Notes: a model not told the origin generated them from the sequence alone. DNA of 64,000 bases from Heterodontus francisci (GCF_036365525.1 NC_090399.1:14817558-14881557), one strand, 5' to 3'; shown: positions 1 to 13,029, counted from the stretch's first letter. A program made the numbers and translations.

Positions 1-169
1 AGACGTGGCTTTCAAAAGGGCATTGGATCATTATTTAAAGTGATAAAAAATTACAGGTGATTGGGGGCAAAGGTGCGGGAGTAGGACCAGCTGAGAGGAT
101 CCTACAAAGAGCTGGCACAGACGCGATGGGCTGAATGGCCTCCTGCGTTACAACCATTCTATAATTAGT

Positions 170-830
170 CTCTGATTCCATATCTGCAAGACTGGTGGTG
201 AGAGAACCAACACGAGAGAAAAACCAACATGGCCACATCGTCACCATTTGACCTGTCACAGCTGCATCCATCCACGACAGTATTGGTAGGAGTGACCGTG
301 ACACAGTCTTTGTGGGAACGAAGTCCCATCTTCACACAGAAGACATCCTGCATCATGTTGTGTGGGATGATCACCGTGCTAAATAGAATAGATGCAGAAC
401 AAATCTAGCAGCTCAAAACTGGGCATCCATGAGGCACTGTGGGCCATCAGCAGCAGAATTTTATTTAGCCACAATCTGTAACCTCATGGCCTGGCATTTC
501 CCTTGCTCCACCATTACCACCAAGCCGGGGGACCAACCCTGGTTCAATGAGGAGTGTAGGAGAGCATGCCAGGAGCTGCACCAGGCATACTTAAAAAGAG
601 GTGCGAATGTGGTGAAGCTACAACACAGGACTACATGCATGCGAAACAGTGGAAGCAGCATGCGATAGAGCTAAGGGATCCCGCAAACGATAGATCAGGT
701 CAGAGCCCTGCAGTCTTGCCACATGCAGTTGTAAGTGGTGGTGGACAATTAAACTGGAAGATGAGACTCCACAAACTTCCCTGTCCTCTGCAACCATCTT
801 TAGGAAATGTATGTCCTGATTGCAGTAGAA
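170..830 (+). mobile_element. Degenerate CR1-group LINE fragment (probably family B)
   Basis: ORF2 linker remnant KPGDQPWFNEECRRAC, frameshifted. Confidence 0.55.
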
Positions 831-1013
831 GAATCATAGAATGGTTACAGCACAGAAGGAGGCCATTCAGCCCATTGTGTCCATGACGGCTCTCTGCAAG
901 AGCAATTCAGCTAGTCCCACTTCCCCATAACCCTGCAGATTCTTTTTCATCAGGTGCATTCCAGATCCTAACCACTCGCTGCGTAAAATAAAAAGCTGCG
1001 TTTGCGGAGAATG

Positions 1014-1032
1014 CAGCCACTAGGTGGCGCAG
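1014..1032 (+). promoter_or_regulatory. CTCF-binding-like motif (forward)
   Basis: CAGCCACTAGGTGGCGCAG closely matches the vertebrate CTCF core consensus. Confidence 0.5.
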
Positions 1033-1049
1033 TACTGTCACATACTAAG

Positions 1050-2560
1050 GAACTAGGAGCAGGAGTAGGCAATTCAGCCCCTCGAGCCTGCTCCGCTATT
1101 CAATATGATCATGGCTGATCTCATCTCGGCCTCAACTCCACTTTCCTGCCAGTTACCCATAACCCTTCAACCCATTACTAATTAAAAATCTGTCTATCTC
1201 CTCCTTAAATTTACTCAATGTCCCTGCATCCACCGCACTCTGGAGTAGTGAATTCCACAGATTCATGACCCTTTGAGAGAAGCAATTTTTCCTCATCTCT
1301 GTTTTAAATTTGCTACCCCTTATCCTAAAGTTATGATCTCTCATTCTAGATTGCCTCACCAGAGGAAACATCCTCTCTACGTCTACTTTGTCAATCCCCT
1401 TAATCATCGTATATACCTCAATTAGATCTCCTCTCATTCTTCTAAATTCTAGAGAGTAAAGGCCTAAGCTGCTCAATCTCTCTTCATAAGACAAACCCCT
1501 CATCCCTGGAATCAATCTAGTGAACCTCCTCTGAACTGCCTCCAACGCAACTACATCCTTCCTCAAGTAAGGGGACCAAAACTGTACGTAGTACTCCAGG
1601 TGTGGTCTCACTAATGTCTTGTACAGTTTCAGCAGCACTTCCCTACTTTTATACTCTATTCCTTTAGAAATAAATGCCAAAATTCAATTTGCCTTCTTTA
1701 TTACCTGCTGTACCTGCAAACTAGTTTTCTGCGATTCATGCACGAGGACACCCAGATCCCTCTGCACCCAAGCACTCTGAAGTTTCTCTCCATTTAGATC
1801 ATAATTTGCCTTTCTATTCTTCTGACCAAAATGGATAACTTCATACTTATCCACGTTAAACTCCATCTGCCAAATTTTGGCTCATTTATCTAATCCATAT
1901 CCATTTGTAGATTTCTTATTTCTTTATTGCAACTTACTATCCCTCCTATTTTAATGTCATCTGCAAATTTGGCTATAGTACCTTCTATCCCTGCATCCAA
2001 GTCGTTAATATAGATTGCAAATAGTTGGGGCCCGAGGACCAAACCCTGTGGCACCCCACTAGTTACATCTTGCCAACCAGAAAAAGACCCATTTATCCCG
2101 ACTGTCTGTTTTCTGTTGGTTAGCCAATCCTCTATCCAAACTAATAAATTTTCCCTAACCCCATGTGAACTTACCTTGTGGATTAAGCTTTTGTACGGCA
2201 CCTTATCAAATGCCTTCTGGAAGTCCAGATATACTACAGCTACAGGATCCCCATTGTCCACTTCGCTTGTTACAGCTTCGAAGAACTCTAGCAAATCAGT
2301 CAAACACGATTTACCCTTCATAAAATCATGCTGACTCTGATGGTTTGCGTTTTGACTTTCTAAATGACCTGTGATTACTTCCTTAATAAAGGATTTTAAC
2401 AATTTCCCAACGACAGATGTTAAACTAACTGGTCTATAGGTTCCTACTTTCTGCTACCCTCCCTTTTTGAATAAGGGTGTTACAGTAGCTTTTTTCCAAT
2501 CCACTGGAACCTTTCCCGTATCCAGAGAATTTTGGAATATTATAACCATCACATGTGCAA
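1050..2560 (-). mobile_element. CR1 LINE, 5'-truncated (RT + 3' UTR)
   Basis: Broken ORFs with YLDFQKAFDKV, SGVPQG, KFADD and [12 protein letters not shown]. Confidence 0.9.
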
Positions 2561-2609
2561 ATGCAGCCTCTTCCACTGAAACATCACTGCGACCTTTCAG
2601 GCAGCTGCC

Positions 2610-3600
2610 AGGATTAAAGATGGCGCGGCTCAACTTATTACAAAAAAACAATTCAACTCGCAAGTCCCCTCAATGGATGTCATCGCCGCCTCCATCCCAC
2701 CCCCAACAGTCCCCTGCTCCCTCCTGCCATTGCGTTTCTATTGGCCACTCCCTCCTGTGCCCGTCTTCGTGTCGCTCACTCCCCGCTGCCTTCCCTTAGC
2801 CACTCACTCCCCGCTTTCCCCAACCTGCTCTCTGGTCACTCGCTCCCCGCTCCCACCCCACCTCAGCCGCTCGCTCCAAACCTCGCCACTGCTCCCCCCT
2901 CCCCTTGGCTGATTGTACCCCGCTCCTTGCTTACGCCCCCCTCAACCCATCTCTCCGACTGCTCACTTGCTCCCTGCTTCCCCCCCTCCCTCCCTCCAGC
3001 CAGTAGCCCCAGGCCGCGTCGCATCCCTTCTCTCGGCCAGTCGCTCCCATGTTCGATCGTTCTCCGCCACGCCGCTTGAAGAAGCAAGGCGGGCCGCGAG
3101 AGGTGACAGGGCGACGTAGGAGCGAGTGGCCGAGAGGAGGGAAGGAGTGCGACCCGGAGAGCGGAGCGGGGAGAGGAGGAGGAAGTGAGGAGCTGGCAAC
3201 AATCAGCCTAGTGGAGTCGGTGGGGGGGGAAGGGGTGCATGGGGAGGAAGTGGCCAGTGGGGAGAAAGCGTCGAGGGTGGGAGAATGACTGAGAGGGTGG
3301 AAGCTGGGAGGCCTGGAGCGAGTGGCCGAGGGGTAGAGTGGCCAGTGGGGCGGCAGCGAGTAGCTGAGAGAGATGTTAAGCGCGGGGGGGAGCGAGTGGC
3401 TGAAGGAAGGCAGCAACGTGACGGGGATCGAGCAGAGGGAAGGGATGATTGAAGCAGGGATGGTGGGAGAGAGTGGGGTACTGTTCGGGTGAATGGAGAC
3501 AGCCTATTGGAGGGGTGAGGACATCATTACATGGTGACAACATGCACACGCATGTGCGCATTCATATAGGCAGTCTGGGAAATGTTTGCACACATTGATG
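2610..3600. repeat. C-rich / G-rich mirror low-complexity element
   Basis: CCACTCGCTCCC-like units on + at 2.7-3.05 kb; their reverse complement GGAGCGAGTGG at 3.1-3.45 kb. Confidence 0.5.
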
Positions 3601-3604
3601 ACGT

Positions 3605-4395
3605 CTGAGTCTCCTCTGGTTCTCAACCCTTCCACCAATGGGAACAGTTTCTCCCTATCTACACTGTCCAGACCCCTCATGATTTTGAACACCTCTATCA
3701 AATCTCCTCTCAACCTTCTCTTCTCCAAGGAGAACAGCCCCAGCTTCTCCAATCTATCCACATAACTGAAGTTCCTCATCCCTGGAACCATTCTAGTAAT
3801 TTTTTCTGCATCCTCTCTAAAGCCTTCACATCCTTCCTAAAGTGTCGTGCCCAGAACAGGACACAAATCTCCAGTTGAACCAGGCTGAACCAGTGTTTTA
3901 TAGAGATTTATCATAACTTCCTTGCTTTTGTACTCTGTACTTCTGTTTTCTAAAGCCCAGGATCCCATATGCCTTTTAAACCACTTTATCAACCTGCCCT
4001 GCCACCTTCAGAGATTTGTGCACAAACACCCCAAGGTATTTTTCTAGCTGCACCCGCTTTAGAATTGCACCCTTTATTTTCTATTGCCTCTCTCATTCTT
4101 CCTACCAAAATGTATCACTTCACATTTTTATTAAATTTCATCTGCAATGGTCTGCCCATTCCACCATCTATGTTCTCTTGAAATCTATCACCGTCCCCCC
4201 AGTTCACAGTACTTCCAGGTTTTGTGTCATCTGCAAATGTTGAAATTGTACCCTGTACACCTAAGTCTAGGTCATTAATATATGTCATGAAAAGCAATGG
4301 TCCTATACCCTCCCCTGGGGGACCCCACTGTAAACCACCCTTTAGTCCGAGAAACAACCATTCACCACCACTCTCTATTTCCTGTCTCTCAGCCA
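3605..4395 (-). mobile_element. Degenerate CR1 LINE fragment
   Basis: RT remnants TFADD and LGLFSLEKRRLRGDLIEVFK. Confidence 0.8.
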
Positions 4396-4399
4396 ACAT

Positions 4400-6290
4400 T
4401 ATATCCATCTTCAGCCAGAGTGTCTAGTAGATGATCCATCTCAGCCTCCTACTGAGGCTCCCATCATCACATATGCCTTCAGTCTTCAGACAATTCGATT
4501 CACTCCACGTGATCATAGAATCATAGAAAGTTTACAGCACAGAAGGAGGCCACTTGATATCAAGAAACAGTTGAACTCACTGGGCTTTGACAACATCCCA
4601 GCTGTAGTACTGAAGGCTTGTGCCCCAGAGTTGGCCGCACCCCTAGCCAACACAACACAGCTACAACACTGGCATCTACACAGATGTGTCCTGTCCACAT
4701 AGAGCAGAACAAATCCAGCCAATTACCGGTCCATCAGTCTACTCTCGATCAACAGCAAAGTGTTGGAAGGTGTCGTTGACAGGACTGTCATGCAGCACTT
4801 ACTCAGCAATAACCTGGTCACCGATGCTCAGTTTGGGTTCAATCAGGGCCACACAGCTTGGGACAAACATGGACAAAAGAGGTGAATTCCAGAGGTGAGT
4901 TGAGAGTGACTGCCCTTGACATCAAGGCAGCATTTGACCGAGTATGGCATCAAGGAGCCCTAGCAAAACTGAAGTCAATGGGAATCAGGAAGAAAACTCT
5001 CCGTTAGTTGGAGTCATACCTAACACGAAGGAAGGTTGTGGTTGTTGGAGGCGAATCATCCTAGTCCCAGGACATTGCTGCAGGAGTTTCGCAGGATAGT
5101 GTCCTAGGCCCAACCATCTTCAGCTGCTTCATCAATGACCTTCCCTCCATCATAAGGTCAGAAGTGGGGATGCTTGCTGAAGATGATACGATGTTCAGTA
5201 CCATTTGCAACTCCTCAGATACAGACACTGCCTGTGTGGAGTTTGCAAGTTCTCCCTGTGTCTGCGTGGGTTTCCTTCGGGTGCTCCGGTTTCCTCCCAC
5301 ATGCCAAAAGACTTGCTGGTTGATAGGTTAATTGGCCATTATAAATTGCCCCTAGTATAGGTAGGTGGTAGGGAAATATAGGGACAGGTGGGGATGTGGT
5401 AGGAATATGGAATTAGTGTAGGATTAGTATAAATGGGTGGTTGATGGTCGGCACAAACTTGGTGGGCCGAAGGGCCTGTTTCAGTGCTGTATCTCTAAAA
5501 AAAAATTCCAATTGCAGCAAGACCCAAACAACATTCAGGCTTGGGCTGGTAAGTAACACAAGGGAGAATCTAACCATCTGCCCTTGATATTCAATGGCAT
5601 TACCATTGCCAAATCCCCTAACATCAACATCCTGGGGGTTACCATTGACCAGAAACTGACCTGAACAAATCACATAAATACCGTAGCTGCAAGAGCAGGT
5701 CAGAGGCTGGGAATGCTGTGATGAGTAACTCGCCTCCTGACTCCCCAAAGCATGTCCACCATCTACAAGGCACAAGTCAGGAGTGAGATGGAATACTCTG
5801 CACTTGCCTGGATGGGTGCAGCTCCAACAACACTCAAGAAGCTCAACACTGTCTAGAACAAAGCAGCCCACTTGATTGTCACCCGATCCACCACCTTAGA
5901 CGTTCACTCCCTCCACACAGATGCAGCATAGGGTATCATCTACAAGATGCACAGCAGCAACTCACCAAGGCACCTTCGATAGCATTTTCCAAACCCATGA
6001 CTTCTACCACCTAGAAGGACAAGGGCAGCAAATGCATGGGAACACCACCACCTGCAAGTTCCCCTCCAAGCCACACACCATCCTGACTTGGAACTATATC
6101 GCCGTTCCCTCACTGTCGCTGGGTCAAAATCCTGGAACTCCCTTCCTAACAGCACTGTGGGTGTACCCACCCCACATGGACTGCAGCGGTTCAAGAAGGC
6201 AGCTCACCACCACCTTCTCAAGGGCAATTAGGGATGGGCAATAAATGTTGGCCTGGCCAGTGACGCCCACATCCCATTAAGGAATAAAAA
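4400..6290 (+). mobile_element. CR1-group LINE family B (RT + 3' end), interrupted by a SINE
   Basis: Degenerate RT; 3' end ...GGGCAATAAATGyTGGCCTGGCCAGTGAyGCCCACATCCC shared with copies at 11.5, 14.4, 37.3 and 41.5 kb. Confidence 0.75.
5225..5505 (+). mobile_element. HE1-like V-SINE, 5'-truncated
   Basis: V-core TGTGGAGTTTGCAAGTTCTCCCTGTGTCTGCGTGGGTTTCC, CR1-type tail and A-run. Confidence 0.8.
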
Positions 6291-6423
6291 GAAAATCTGC
6301 CCATTGGGAAACTAATGAGATTGTGGACACAGTTCTTCCCACCTGGACGAGACAATTCTACCAATGGGAAGGATTTAATATTCAGGACAATATTATTTTT
6401 ATAATAATAAAAAGTGATCTTAC

Positions 6424-6631
6424 CTGAATCTGAACTTGATCTGAAATATAAACAGATTGTGTTACACATTTACATAATGCAGACAAGGTAGAGTTTACAT
6501 TGCTTACTTTGTATTTCCTCCCCTCAAACCCTCCTTCCCTTCTGTTATGAGGGCACTGACATTGGCTGGGTGAAGTACTTGGGTTGCCTGATAGTAATAC
6601 TTCATCCAAGTGGGCATTTCATTATATATAG
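6424..6631 (-). CDS. Candidate cytoplasmic exon(s) of gene 1 (6508-6631 and micro-exon 6424-6440)
   Basis: 6508-6631: AAG acceptor, phase-1 frame AIYNEMPTWMKYYY..., GTAAGC donor. 6424-6440: tatttcag acceptor and GTAAGA donor. Both lie in a non-repeat island downstream of the TM exon. Confidence 0.35.
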
Positions 6632-6984
6632 CTTGTAAGCAGAAAGGTTCGAATTGTCCCATCAACATTCCCCTCACAGACCCCAGGCACCTACTGAGAA
6701 ATCTGAATTGCCAATCCATAATTTTTCCAAGTCAGGAATTACATCCGGAGCATTGTAGCAGGAGGAGGCCATTCACCCCTTCGAGCCTATTCCACCATTA
6801 CATTAAATCATGGCTGTTTTGTATCTTAACTCCACCCAACCACATTAGTTCCGTACACTTAATACCTTCGCCTAAAAGAAATCTACCCATCTCAGTTTTG
6901 AAATTTTCAATTGCCCCTCCCGAACCTCGGCTGCTTTTTCAGGGCAGACATTTCACCCTTTGTTTGAAAAAGGGATTCCTGTCA

Positions 6985-7330
6985 TTGCAAAACACTTTGG
7001 AATGTAGTCACTGTTGCAGGGTAGGGAACACAGCAACCAGTTTGTACTCAGCAAGATTTGAAAAACAGCACTCTGATCGATGGTGGTGCGATAGGCCAGA
7101 TAATCTGTTTTTGTGATGTTGACTGAGGGATAAATATTGGCCAGGACACTGGGGATAGCCCTGCTGCTTTCGGGCCATGGAATCCTTGAGAGGTCCTCAG
7201 TTTAACAGCTCACATGGAAGATGGCATCGTCAACAGTGCAGTACTGAGGGTATGCCAGCCTAGATTTTTGTGCTCAAATCCGTGAGAGCAGCAATGAACT
7301 TTGTGGCTCAAAGACGAGAATGCTGCTACA
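6985..7330 (-). mobile_element. Deu-domain SINE (SacSINE1/AmnSINE-like)
   Basis: Core GAGGGATAAATATTGGCCAGGACAC on + strand, shared with the copy at 18.1-18.6 kb. Confidence 0.6.
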
Positions 7331-7389
7331 CTTTCTGAGCTGTGCTGATTATCCACTATTAATTTGCATGGCGAGTTTCCCCTCATTTA

Positions 7390-7782
7390 GAACATAGAAC
7401 ATAGAACAGTACAGCACAGTACAGGCCCTTCGGCCCACGATGTTGTGCCGACCCTTTAATCTACTCTAAGATCAAACTACCTACATACCTTCATTCTACT
7501 ATCATCCATGTACCTATCCAAGAGTCGCTTAAATGTCCCTAATGTATCTGCTTCTACTACCACCACTAGCAGTGCATTCCACGCACCCACCACTCTCTGT
7601 GTAAAGAACCTACCTCTGACATCTCCCCTAAACCTTCCTCCAATCATCTTAAAATTATGCCTCCTGGTGATAGCCCTTTCCGCCCTGGGAAAAAGTCTCT
7701 GGCCATCCACTCTATCTATGCCTCTCATCATCTTGTACCCCTCTATCAAGTCACCTCTCATGCTTCTTCGCTCCAATGAGAA
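7390..7782 (-). mobile_element. CR1 3' end
   Basis: RGDLIE...FFTQRVVGAWNAL and a (TTCTATG)n tail. Confidence 0.85.
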
Positions 7783-8298
7783 ATTTACAGAGAACTATTT
7801 ATAGACTAGCCACTAAATGCCATTATGAAGCGCACGGTCGCACAAAAAATAAATTAATCAGAAAAAGCACCGCGTTCGACTTTCAGAAATGGGATTGTCT
7901 TAAATCCAAGTATTGTGCAGAAATAATTACCATATTGGTGGTCATCACTTATTGACAGTGCAACCGTATGAGACCTACAAGATAAGATCAAGTTAAATGT
8001 AATTATATATTGCTAAGTTGTAAATTCCAATTCGTACATAAATAATAATGCATTATTTTGGATACGTACCCTTTAAGCCTTCTTATAGCTAAATTAGAAG
8101 GAAACAGCATAAGATTATATAACTTTACAGGAGTTTTTTTTTAGTTTGCGTTTAACAGAGCAAATAACAGCTATTAATGTTTATGTAAATATTTATATAA
8201 ATAGCATAATCAGCGCCAAGCTTGCCCCCAAATCTGTAATTACAGACAAACATAAATGGTTCTCACAATTAACAGAAAGGCTACAATTACATTTGCAT

Positions 8299-8444
8299 TT
8301 AAACGGTACCTTTACGTTGATGATACAGCCGAGAGAGCAGGAGAATGATGACAACGGTGAACAGCCCCAGGAAAATTCTCAGCATTATTGGAAATATTCC
8401 ATCTTTAATTGAAACGCCCAGTGGAGGACAATCAGTTGCCTTCT
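8299..8444 (-). CDS. NCR3: NKp30/NCR3-like receptor gene 1, exon 3 (stalk + transmembrane with Arg)
   Basis: Acceptor ...tctaccag, phase 1; KATDCPPLGVSIKDGIFPIMLRIFLGLFTVVIILLLSRLYHQRKG. Either reads through to TAA at 8299-8301 or splices at AAG|GTACCG (exon end 8310). Confidence 0.8.
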
Positions 8445-8719
8445 CTGGTAGAAGACAACGAAGAGGGTTTATTTCACAACTCACTGTTTAGTCATTTATC
8501 TCACAAGCTGAAGCACCCATCAAAACTGGAATGGGGACCAAGAAGTAGAAGTCAAATGAGACATTCTTGGGGTAATTAGCAACAATACACTGTTAAATAT
8601 TGCAGCTGCTGCAAACTCAATACGACCATTAAACATTCGTGAGGAATAAACTTCATGAATCTAAGTTATCACCTGCCCCATGCAAATACTTCGGGTTTAG
8701 TAACACATAAACTGAGCTT

Positions 8720-10560
8720 CCTGACGGGGTGGTTACCGACCAGGAGGATATCGGTGAGGTTTTAAATGATTTCTTTTCATCTGTGTTCACGATGGAGAAG
8801 GACGATGTAGGTGTAGAGATCAGGGAGGGGGATTGTGATATCCTTGACCATATTAGCATTGAAAGGGAGGAGGTATTAGTGGTTTTAGGGGGGGGGCTTA
8901 AAAGTGGATGAATCCCCAGGCCCAGATGAGATGTATCCCAGGCTGTTATGTGAGGCAAGGGAGGAGATTGCAGGGGCTTTGACTCAAATTTTCAAATCCT
9001 CTCTGGCCACAGGAGAGGACTGGAGGACAGCAAATGTGGTACCATTATTCAAGAAGGGTAGTAGGGATAAACCAGGTAATTACAGGCTGGTGAGTCTAGC
9101 ATCAGTGGTAGGGAAACTATTGGAAACTATTCTGAGGGACAGGATTAATTTCCACTTGGAGAGGCCGGGATTAATCAAGGATAGTCAGCATAGCTTTGTC
9201 ATGGGGGAGGTCATGTCTAACATTTGATTGAAGGTTTCGAGGATGTGACTAGGTGTGTAGATGAGGGTAAAGCAGTAGATACATGGACTTCAGTAAGGCT
9301 TTTGATAAGATCCCACATGGGAGATTGGCCAAGAAGGTAAGAGCCCTTAGGATCCAGGGCAATTTGGCAAATTGGATCCAAAATTGGCTTAGTGGCAGGA
9401 AACAGAGGGTGATGCTCGAGGGCTGTTTTTGCAATTGGAATCCTGTGACCAGTGGTGTACCGCAGGGATCGGTGCTGGGACCCTTGGGTTTGTAGTGTGG
9501 CAACCAGAACTGTACAGTCATCCAGCTGTAGCCTAACCAGCGTTTTATACAGTTCCATAATAACCTCCCTGCTCTTATATTCTATGCCTCAGTTAATGAA
9601 GGAAAGTTTTTAGACGTGAATATAGGAGGTGTGATCAGTAAGTTCGCAGATGATATGAAAATTGGTGGTGTCGTAAATAGTGAAGAGGAAAGCCTTAGAT
9701 TACAGGACAATATGGATGGGCTGGTAAGATGGGCAGAGCAGTGGCAAATGGAATTTAATCCTGAGTAGTGTGAGGCAATGCATTTTGGGAGGACTAATAA
9801 GGCAATGGAATATACAATGGATGGTAGGACCCTAGGAACTACAGAGGGTCAGAGGGACCTTGTCCATAGATCACTGAAGGCAGCAGCACAGGTAGGTAAG
9901 GTGGTTAGGAAGGCATATGGGATACTTGACTTTATTAGCGGAGGCATAGAATATAAGAGCAGGGGGGTTATTATGGAGATGTATAAAATGCTGGTTAGGC
10001 CACAGCTTTGTCTGTACTGTGTACAGTTCTGATTGCCACACTATAGGAAGGATGTGATTACACTGGAGAGGGTGCGGAGGAGATTCACCAGGATGTTGCC
10101 TTGGCTGGAGCATGACAGCTATGAAGAGAGACTGAATAGGCTAGGGTTGTTTTCCTTAGAGCAGAGAAGGCTGAGAGGGGACCTGATTGAGGTATATAAA
10201 ATTATGAGGGGCATAGATAGGGTAGATAGGAAGAAACTTTTCCCCTTAGCGGAGGGGTCAATAACCAAGGGGTATAGATGGAAGGTAAGGGGAAGGAGGT
10301 TTAGAGGGGATTTGTGGAAATAAAATTTCACCCAGAGGGAGTTGGAATTTGGAACACACTGCCTGAAGGGCTGGTAGAGGCAGGAACCCTCACAACATTT
10401 AAGAAGCATTTAGATGAGCAGTTGAAACGGCAGAGCATACAAGGCTACAGGCCAAGTGCTGGAAAATGGGATTAGAATAGATAGGCTTCATGGACAGTGC
10501 AGACATGATGGGCCAAAGGGCCTGTTTCTGTGCTGTATAACTCTATGACTCAATGACTCT
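8720..10560 (+). mobile_element. CR1 LINE, 5'-truncated, with an internal inverted segment; intron 2 of gene 1
   Basis: SPGPD, DFSKAFDK and [14 protein letters not shown] pieces plus the 3' UTR. Confidence 0.9.
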
Positions 10561-10562
10561 AT

Positions 10563-10885
10563 ATTGCCTCAAACTTTTCCCCTTCATGCATTCTACATTT
10601 TCTGTCTCTATCTGCGTGTGTGTTTATGGCATATGCATGCTGGCGTGGTTGTGTCACGTATTTGTAGCCATTACCCGAATTAGAGTTGAAGATTAATAAA
10701 CTTCCACCTTTCCTGTTTAAATCTAAGAAAATCTGTTTGATTTCTTTGCCTTAGGGGAGCAGTGAACAAGGATTCACTGAGGGGGAACTAAAAACACACT
10801 GTTTCTAAAATTAAACCCTGTTACGGTTAAACCAGGCAAAGGCTGGGAGGGAACCCCTAGACCCCTATCTCACCTGGTTGTAACA
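10563..10885 (+). mobile_element. Possible LTR 3' half
   Basis: Contains AATAAA and ends ...GGTTGTAACA; 5' part absent or overwritten by the CR1. Confidence 0.35.
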
Positions 10886-10945
10886 CTTACAAATGTCAAA
10901 ATAATTGGGCAATTCTTAAAAAGTACTCTGGTCTCTTCTACTTAC

Positions 10946-11284
10946 TGTCAATTACAATAAGTTGTGTTCCTTTCCCAGTTTCTACCCCAATCCCCTGAAT
11001 TTCCACCTCACAGTAGTAAAAGTCAGAGTCCATTTTCGTTAAATTGTGGATTTTGATAAAAATCATTTTTTGAGCAAATAAAGTTGGCCCGGACTTCACT
11101 ATCCGTCTCTGGTAGAAAGGATTCGAATCCGACATCTCCATGTTTTCTGAGGCCCGCCTCCAAACAACTCGGCCGACAGTTTGGTTCGCTTCAAAGGTGC
11201 AATTCAGCTGCATTGACCCTCCTTCTGTCACATTAATGGCGGCCGGAGACTGGAACACTTTGAGTTCGCCCTTCAACCCATTGA
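10946..11284 (-). CDS. NCR3: NKp30/NCR3-like receptor gene 1, exon 2 (Ig V domain)
   Basis: Acceptor ...tactgcag and donor GTAAGT, phase 1-1. LKVFQSP...LNC...VVW...DSDFYYCEVEIQGIGVETGKGTQLIV carries the V-set C-W-C and DxxxYxC motifs and resembles human NKp30 CRVEVLGLGVGTGNGTRLVV. Orthology is not tested. Confidence 0.88.
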
Positions 11285-11309
11285 CTGCAGTATAAATGGA
11301 ACAATATAA

Positions 11310-12080
11310 TCATAAGAAACAGGAGCAGGAGTAGGCCATTTGGCCCTTTGAGCATACTCTGCCATTCAATATGATCATGGCCAATCTACCACTTTCTCAC
11401 ACTCATATCACTTAATTCCCTTAGTATCCAAAAATCTATTGACCTTTATCTGGAATGTTCTCAGTGACTGAACATCTACAGCCTTCTGCGATAGAGAATT
11501 CCAAAGATTCACAACCCTCTGAGTAAGAAATTCACCTCCTGATTCCCCAAAGCCTCTTCACCCAGATACAAGATCCATGTTAGGATTGTGATGGAATACT
11601 GTTCACTTGCCTAGATAGGTGCAGCTTCAGCAATGCTCAAGATATGGATACCATCCAGGACAAAGCAACCCGCTTGATCAGCACCCCATCCACCACCTTA
11701 AATCTTCACTCCCTCCACCATTGGCACATACTTGCAGCATCTACAAGATGCACTGCATCAACTCACCAAGTCTTCTTCGACAGCACCTTCCAAACCCACG
11801 ACCTCTACCACCTAGAAGGACAAGGGCAGTAGATGCATGGCAACACCACCACCTGCAAGTTCCCCAAGTCACGCGCCCTCCTGACTTAGAACTATATCAC
11901 AGTTCCTTCACTGTTGCTTGGTCAGAATCCTGGAACACCCTTCCTAACAGCACTGTGGGTGTACCGACACCCCAAGGACTGCAGTGGTTTGAAAAGGCAG
12001 CTCACCACCACCTTCTCATGGGCAATAAATGCTGGTCTTGCCAAAGATGCCCACATCCCGAGACGGAGATAAAAAAAACA
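11310..12080. mobile_element. CR1 3' tail (-, 11310-11535) abutting a family B LINE 3' end (+, 11535-12080)
   Basis: GGAGCAGGAGTAGGCCATT tail motif; DTIQDKATRLI...HSLHH remnant. Confidence 0.75.
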
Positions 12081-13029
12081 GGATCTATGTACCTCAGTGT
12101 GAAGTATCAGAATCTGCCAATTAAGTGTGTAAAATTGATAAGAATTGATCCCAGACACATTGATCATTATGGGAAAGGATTTAATTTCTAAAAGGCACGG
12201 GTTAGAAGTTAAAAGTTAGGGGTAAGAAGGGAGGTTAGGGAGAAACTGTTCATCTAAAAAGTAACAGATTTGTGTAAGTAAGGGAGTGGGTAATACAAGT
12301 AGACTCTAGGGACGTCTATTGTGGGTTTGGTGAAGGAACTTTGATCTGTCAAAAAGGGACAGTTTTTTGTGGGGTGGTGGGGGGTGGTGGAGGAGCAGAT
12401 AATGATCGCTTATTACGTCCAGGCTCCTACAAATACATTAAAATACTGACAACCCGAAAGCAGCATTGAGCCATAAGCCATTTAACAAGCTTTTATAAAC
12501 AGTCATTAATTTGGGTCTTTTCCAGTTCCTAAACGCAACCTTTTGGAAATTGATGATCTCGGGAAAGCTGTTTCTCAAAATTTCCATTTTCCCTAGGACA
12601 ACTACATCTCTGATTTTTTTGGTTTGTTTTAATCTTATTGGTTTTCCATTTTAAAACCGGTTTTCCACACATTTCCCTCTGTGCATCACCGCTGTTCAAA
12701 TCAAGATTCATGCCCCGATGTTTATTACACCAACTTACTGATGACCACCAAACAGCGGAACTCCTCGAGGTATCAGCTAACCACTAATTCCCCAATTACT
12801 TCTTTCTCCTACTTGGGCGTGGTGGTTGGGATGGGATGGGATGGGAAGGGGACGGGAGAGGGACTGTACTCCTGCCATCTTTACCCATTTAACTGGAAAA
12901 CTTGTCCTTTCTATTTTGCAAAATGTAAGTATGGGAACGTTAGATGGATGTAGGTTCTGAACCCTCTGCCAATAGAACAATTTGTATCTACTGCAAAAGC
13001 TATGAATTATCAAGTAAATGTATAATATG

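Noticed and set aside
2673-3416. Pro/Ser-rich ORFs as genes
   Set aside because: By-products of C-rich and G-rich low complexity, open in several frames
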